A DNA stretch of 10,094 nt from Fidelibacterota bacterium (GTDB lineage Bacteria > Fidelibacterota > Marinisomatia > Marinisomatales > TCS56). Both the position numbers and the translations under genes were made by a program. Every line of letters begins with the position of its first letter. Position 1 is the stretch's first letter. Under the pieces are notes generated by a model that saw nothing but the letters and a program-made list of their open reading frames with translations, was not told where the DNA came from and did no database searches. The DNA lies in NCBI GenBank assembly GCA_043822705.1, contig JBDRBK010000171.1, positions 1 to 10,094 on the forward strand. The letters run 5' to 3'. This document shows positions 5,641 through 10,094 of this stretch, one piece after another.

Positions 5641-7568
5641 TCTACGGGAAAACCGACCATCACCGGCTGGTGGTCGGAAATATAGTCTTCATAGACGCTA
5701 TAACCGCCCATATAATCACCCAATCGCAGGGTTTGTACACGCTTGGTACTGGTTCGTGGTACGAACTGATCCGTGACCAGTATATGATCCAGGAAGCTAA
5801 CATAGGGTTCTTTCGGATATGACGCCTGTTCCAGGTCATATACGAGATCACGATTGACAAAATAAAACCGGTCATCATCGAAAAACGGATGAAATCCGTG
5901 GGCGTTACCGGCATCTTTGAGATCATCATTCCAGTCACCCAGTACGACAAAATTGCGTTGTCCCCGATTCCATTGTTCAGCCAGATAATCATGGAGCATC
6001 TGCACGGCATTCTGGCGCCTTTTCAGACCGGAATCACAACACTTCATGTGCAGATTGATCACGCTGAAATGCACGGTTTTCCCGTTGACAAAATAACTGA
6101 AATCCGCCTGCAGGGGTGGACGACCGGCGAAATTATAATCATCCTCGGCGAAGATTTCCAATTGCCGCTCCAGAGTAAACAGATCCTTTTTGAAGATAAT
6201 CGCTTGATCGAGAAACGAACTCTGGCGGGAAATAACAAAATCATATTCCGGCAGATAATCCATCAGGTCGCTGAACCGGCCGGCGAACCGGATTTCCTGG
6301 AATGCGATAATATCGGGGTTCAGATCATGTACGGCTTCGGCCAGGGCGGTAATGGTAGTATCTTCCTTATGCGGAAAATTCTCGACGTTCCAGGTCATTA
6401 TCTCAATCTGGTCATCACGATTGATATCGGGGAAATCCCAGTTATCCGGCAATTCGGGCCAGGTCCCCGGAGATACACCAGCCAACGGAAATATTTTTGG
6501 CGAGTTATAAATCGCGTTAGTGGCAGTGTTGACCCGCTGACGAATCCAATCCCTAACGGTATAATCGGGTTCAAAATCATCCGCCAGTAACGATTGTGTG
6601 ACCCGGCCGTCCACAGCCGGTTGATAGCCGATAAAATGTCGTGTCGCAGTGTCCACTTCCAGTATAATATGACCGATTTCTGTTCCACCGCCATAATTCT
6701 GAAACAGGTAGGTATGACTATTGGGATCGTACCAGGGCTCCGGGTAACTGCGGCTGACTCCACCGGTAATCATGATATCGACACCTTCGGCAAAATAGCA
6801 CATCTCCAACGCAGATAAAGGTGACTCAACCGGGTTCCACCCGGGCGTGGTTGCCATGCTGTCGATAAAATCAGCGTAGACTTCTTCCCGGTCGTAGGGC
6901 TCACCGGCACTGGTGAGGCAGATAATTATATCGGCACCAGCTTCGCGGACCTCCGGCAGCCATTTGCGCAACGCCTGTACCTCGGTCAGCGTTTCAATAC
7001 CGGGGATATTTTGCCGCAGGACAGTATTAATAATATTTGATGAAACGACACCCAGGATACCCAGCTTCACTCCCGCCACTTCGTGAATAATATATGGCTT
7101 GAAATTGGTGGAAGTCAGGGAACAGCCATTGCAGATCAGATTTGAGGCCAGGAAGGGGAATTCGGCCGCCTCGGCCAGGGCGTTGAGTTTATCCGCGCCC
7201 AGAATGAAATCATATTGGCCGGGGACCAGGGCCGTATACCCGAGGCCGTTCATCCATTCCAGCATCGATTGACCGTCATCGTAAATCCCGAACGGGTGCC
7301 CCTGAAAAAAATTACCGCCATCCAGGATCAGTACTCCCGAATTCTGTCCCGCTAACTCCTTCCGCAGGTCGGATACATATTTATTGATGGCGGCGCCGCC
7401 GGTCATTTTCGGCGGGTATTCGGGATTCATGAAAGTGGCATCCTGCTCGCCGATAACACCGTGCAGATCGTTGGTGGTTATCAGATGGATCGTCGTTACT
7501 ATTCCCTGCCCCATGGCGAAACCCAGGTTCAGGCTCAAAACAATTGCTATCTTTTTTATGCCGTTCAT
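5637..7568 (-). CDS. Exported two-domain protein: degenerate UshA/5'-nucleotidase-type metallophosphoesterase N-domain fused to an intact EEP domain
   Basis: Signal peptide ending AMG|Q. N-domain has TNDLHG, LDGGNFFQG, PGQYDF, FPFLASN, KPYII.EVAGVKLGILG and GADIIICL, which follow the UshA N-domain pattern. C-domain (about 5640-6407) has MTWNVE, PDIIAFQEI, NLHMK, LGDWND, LDHILVT and SDHQPV. Confidence 0.9.
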   Translation of the reverse strand: MNGIKKIAIVLSLNLGFAMGQGIVTTIHLITTNDLHGVIGEQDATFMNPEYPPKMTGGAAINKYVSDLRKELAGQNSGVLILDGGNFFQGHPFGIYDDGQSMLEWMNGLGYTALVPGQYDFILGADKLNALAEAAEFPFLASNLICNGCSLTSTNFKPYIIHEVAGVKLGILGVVSSNIINTVLRQNIPGIETLTEVQALRKWLPEVREAGADIIICLTSAGEPYDREEVYADFIDSMATTPGWNPVESPLSALEMCYFAEGVDIMITGGVSRSYPEPWYDPNSHTYLFQNYGGGTEIGHIILEVDTATRHFIGYQPAVDGRVTQSLLADDFEPDYTVRDWIRQRVNTATNAIYNSPKIFPLAGVSPGTWPELPDNWDFPDINRDDQIEIMTWNVENFPHKEDTTITALAEAVHDLNPDIIAFQEIRFAGRFSDLMDYLPEYDFVISRQSSFLDQAIIFKKDLFTLERQLEIFAEDDYNFAGRPPLQADFSYFVNGKTVHFSVINLHMKCCDSGLKRRQNAVQMLHDYLAEQWNRGQRNFVVLGDWNDDLKDAGNAHGFHPFFDDDRFYFVNRDLVYDLEQASYPKEPYVSFLDHILVTDQFVPRTSTKRVQTLRLGDYMGGYSVYEDYISDHQPVMVGFPVE

Positions 7569-8917
7569 AAACTATAAGAGACGCTGATCAACACATCGAT
7601 TCGTGATTCGGTAACATGGTCCAGATCAGGACGCACATCGCCGGTTACAGGAAACAGGTCAGGATAGTCATAGGTGGTACTCGCAAAACCACCAGCCACG
7701 TCAATGGTAAAATCGCCAATCTGTTTGCCGGTTCCGAAAGTGTAGATGCTGGTAGGACCGATAGCAGCAAACGGTGATTCCCGAAATTCCAGACCAGCCC
7801 GCACCGGAATTTCCTTCATTGCCAGGTATTCGAAGCCGAATTTCCAGGAATTCACCGCCGGCATTTTTAGGCTGGTATCAGTCAACGCCAGCGTATACCC
7901 GGTTGTTCTCTGCCACTCGAAGGCCACTGTCATGGGAACTTCACCGACAGTCTGATAATCCAGACCCAAACGTCTAGTAGCCCCAAATACTTGTTGCATC
8001 CCGTCGGCATAATCAATTACCTGCCCCACAGTGGGAGCGTAATTAGCATAAATCGGCAAACCAGCGTCTGTCCCAAACGATGGCATAATAACGCTATCGG
8101 TCTTAACAGTATAATCGGAATCGAAAGCAAAATTGATTGAAAGTCCGAGGCTAGTTCTCAGACTAAATCCTATAGTGAATTCTTCATTACCTGGGAAATT
8201 AGTATTTAAACGCTGTTCCGCTACTCCAGCTAGATAATTTGAGGTTGTTAGTATCGTATCAACATAGAATTCTTCGATAAAATCACCGGCTGAAATAAAG
8301 TGATAGCTAAATCCAACAGAAAATACCAGTGATTTAGATAACTCTACACCAACCGCAGTACCAAGGCTGAAATGATTCAGATCACCAGCCGTGGTATAGA
8401 CATGGTAGCCCAACAGCGGATCGCGGTTATCGATTACACCATCGGCGGGGCTCAGACGCCCGCGTACTTCCTCGCGATACTGATAATTGAAATTAGTCAA
8501 CTGGCCGAAACTGATCCCGAAACCAAACCGCTGTCCCGCCAGGTGGGTACCGTAGACAGCTCCACCCTGGGCGGCAAAATCGTTATTGCGATTGATTACA
8601 TAATCACCACTGGTGAGAAAATCGCCGAAGGTATCCATCATATCCATGCTGCGGCGCTCCGAAATCAGCGTACCACGGGATTGAAAGTCGAGGCCGATTC
8701 CCGCTGCGGCATCAGCCAGCCCGGCTGGATTGGACAACAGAATTCCCGACGAGCGATCCGAAACACTGCTGGTGAAGCCCATAGCCATGGAACGGGCCGA
8801 ACCCGTAAAAACGGAGGCGGCTGTGCGGTTAAAATAGGACTGCCCAAAACTGCTGCCGGAAGTGATAAGCAGAGCGGCAGTCACGCTGATTGAAGTAAAA
8901 TTTTGTTTAAAGCGCAT
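7565..8917 (-). CDS. Outer-membrane beta-barrel, FadL/OmpP1- or PorV-like
   Basis: Signal peptide ending SFG|Q. N-terminal hatch motif GSARSMAMG...NPAGLA. Barrel-end features FGFEY, PVRAG, YTFGTG and IDVA. C-terminus LISVSYSL. ATGA overlap with the downstream gene. Confidence 0.8.
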   Translation of the reverse strand: MRFKQNFTSISVTAALLITSGSSFGQSYFNRTAASVFTGSARSMAMGFTSSVSDRSSGILLSNPAGLADAAAGIGLDFQSRGTLISERRSMDMMDTFGDFLTSGDYVINRNNDFAAQGGAVYGTHLAGQRFGFGISFGQLTNFNYQYREEVRGRLSPADGVIDNRDPLLGYHVYTTAGDLNHFSLGTAVGVELSKSLVFSVGFSYHFISAGDFIEEFYVDTILTTSNYLAGVAEQRLNTNFPGNEEFTIGFSLRTSLGLSINFAFDSDYTVKTDSVIMPSFGTDAGLPIYANYAPTVGQVIDYADGMQQVFGATRRLGLDYQTVGEVPMTVAFEWQRTTGYTLALTDTSLKMPAVNSWKFGFEYLAMKEIPVRAGLEFRESPFAAIGPTSIYTFGTGKQIGDFTIDVAGGFASTTYDYPDLFPVTGDVRPDLDHVTESRIDVLISVSYSL

Positions 8918-10094
8918 AATCTATTTGTATCCTGAAATCGGTATTGGAATTATTTACCAGGGGATTACTAATCCATTGGCCGGTATAAATCTGGCCCGAA
9001 GTCACCCGGGTGGAGGGAAAATCAATAGTGGAACTAATCTTGAAGCGCAGGGACAGGTGGGCATTGGGCTGGAGATTAAAAGCAACCCAGTTGTGCATGC
9101 CCCCGGATTCCGAATTGAAGATGCGAAAATCGGTATCTTCGAAATACCACATAAAGCCCTGGATGAACAGTAATCCGCCACGAACACTAAAATGTGTATC
9201 AAAATTATGGGTAGCACTAACACCAATCGTTTCATCCGGCGAGCCAACATCGCCCACCATCATATCAGCTCCAACCAACACATTCCCGGTCAACCGTGGT
9301 CGCGGTGAAAAAGTTGTATGTCCACGGGAATACAGCAGCTCAACCTGGTTGTAACGTGACATACGCAGTTGCACCCGCACGCGCGTCTCGCGCGAATTGA
9401 AAGGACTGGGGTTGGAAACATCCAGAGCACCACGAGCCTGCCATTTCTGGCGGACATTGATCCGGTAATTGAAGACTGGTCGCCAGTCCAGCGACATTAC
9501 TGTACGGTAATATTTTGCTTTGTCTGCTTTCCGGGTCCAGGTGTCATAGTTCAATGTAGCAACCACAGAACGATGAAACTGGTAACGGCCGGACAGGAAG
9601 GTACCTACTTCCGCCTGGGGCTGGGGATTCCCGGAATAAAGGTAGCTGTACACCGGATCTTCCAGCCAGTAGCTATCCTCGAAAATCGAGGTCTTGAAAC
9701 GCTGGTAGTTGGAGAATGAGCGTTGGTAAGGATTGTCATATTCCAGATCGTAATCGCGGTGCAGAGCCAGCAGATTCAGATTATCAAACTGAACAAAGGC
9801 GCTCAATACATAGGCATGGGGATCGTTACCCCATTTGAATATATTGTCATCCAGTGATAATTCGCCATATTCTCCCTGAAACGCAATATTGCCCACAACC
9901 CAGGTGAAATCCAGGCCACTGACCCGGCGAAAAGACTTGGCGGCAGCCCACAAATCTGATTCTCCGGAGGAGGCATACATGGCAGCAATTTCGGGATCGG
10001 CGGAGTTGGTCATATACTGGAGGTAATAAGCGTCACCGGAATAGGCGTCATAATCGGTGGCTGCATCAAAACCGGGATTGTCATCATCCACGCC
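8907..10094 (-). CDS. C-terminal part of a large outer-membrane beta-barrel protein, resembling the barrel region of FCB-group helix-hairpin-helix-domain proteins; 5' end outside the window
   Basis: Frame is open to the window edge, so the GTG at 10091 is probably internal. Many aromatic-rich amphipathic strands; ends FRIQIDYAL. The pattern GLDF...N...GE...L.LL..RDY...Y.NPY...FS...E.G.F....Y...YD.W recalls that family from memory. The HhH domain itself is not visible here. Overlaps the next gene by 11 nt. Confidence 0.6.
   Translation of the reverse strand, partial: GVDDDNPGFDAATDYDAYSGDAYYLQYMTNSADPEIAAMYASSGESDLWAAAKSFRRVSGLDFTWVVGNIAFQGEYGELSLDDNIFKWGNDPHAYVLSAFVQFDNLNLLALHRDYDLEYDNPYQRSFSNYQRFKTSIFEDSYWLEDPVYSYLYSGNPQPQAEVGTFLSGRYQFHRSVVATLNYDTWTRKADKAKYYRTVMSLDWRPVFNYRINVRQKWQARGALDVSNPSPFNSRETRVRVQLRMSRYNQVELLYSRGHTTFSPRPRLTGNVLVGADMMVGDVGSPDETIGVSATHNFDTHFSVRGGLLFIQGFMWYFEDTDFRIFNSESGGMHNWVAFNLQPNAHLSLRFKISSTIDFPSTRVTSGQIYTGQWISNPLVNNSNTDFRIQIDYAL

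Noticed and set aside
4714..7568. Anti-phage defence system or retroelement endonuclease, given the nuclease-like domains
   Set aside because: Both EEP proteins have export signals and sit among outer-membrane genes. No reverse transcriptase, NTPase, methylase or mobility gene is present.
7565..8917. Firm assignment as fadL or the T9SS shuttle porV
   Set aside because: The ARxxAMG...NPAGL hatch motif is shared by both families, and no fatty-acid or T9SS genes are nearby, so no symbol is given.
1..10094. tRNA, rRNA, CRISPR array, IS element or integron sites
   Set aside because: The window is almost entirely coding, the only sizeable spacers are 159 and 87 nt, and I saw no repeat-spacer pattern, cloverleaf or transposase motif.

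Overview
All ten credible genes lie on the minus strand. In transcription order: (1) the 3' part of a large outer-membrane beta-barrel protein, cut by the window edge; (2) a FadL/OmpP1- or PorV-like barrel; (3) an exported fusion of a degenerate 5'-nucleotidase-type metallophosphoesterase domain and an intact endonuclease/exonuclease/phosphatase (EEP) domain; (4) an EEP lipoprotein; (5) an exported protein with YD-like repeats; (6) a YjbH-like barrel; (7) a YtfJ-like thioredoxin-fold protein; (8) a NudF-like Nudix hydrolase; (9) murB; (10) an M20 peptidase lipoprotein, which runs off the left edge and is absent from the ORF track. The barrels and lipoboxes indicate a diderm bacterium. Gln after each predicted signal peptidase I site and weak Shine-Dalgarno use suggest the FCB group (inference). 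The most interesting item is the overlapping block of two barrels, an apparent pseudo-nucleotidase/EEP fusion and a second EEP, a candidate envelope system for capturing and degrading nucleic acids or other phosphodiesters. I saw no RNA genes, CRISPR arrays or mobile elements. All family calls are by motif recognition by eye, with no searches run.
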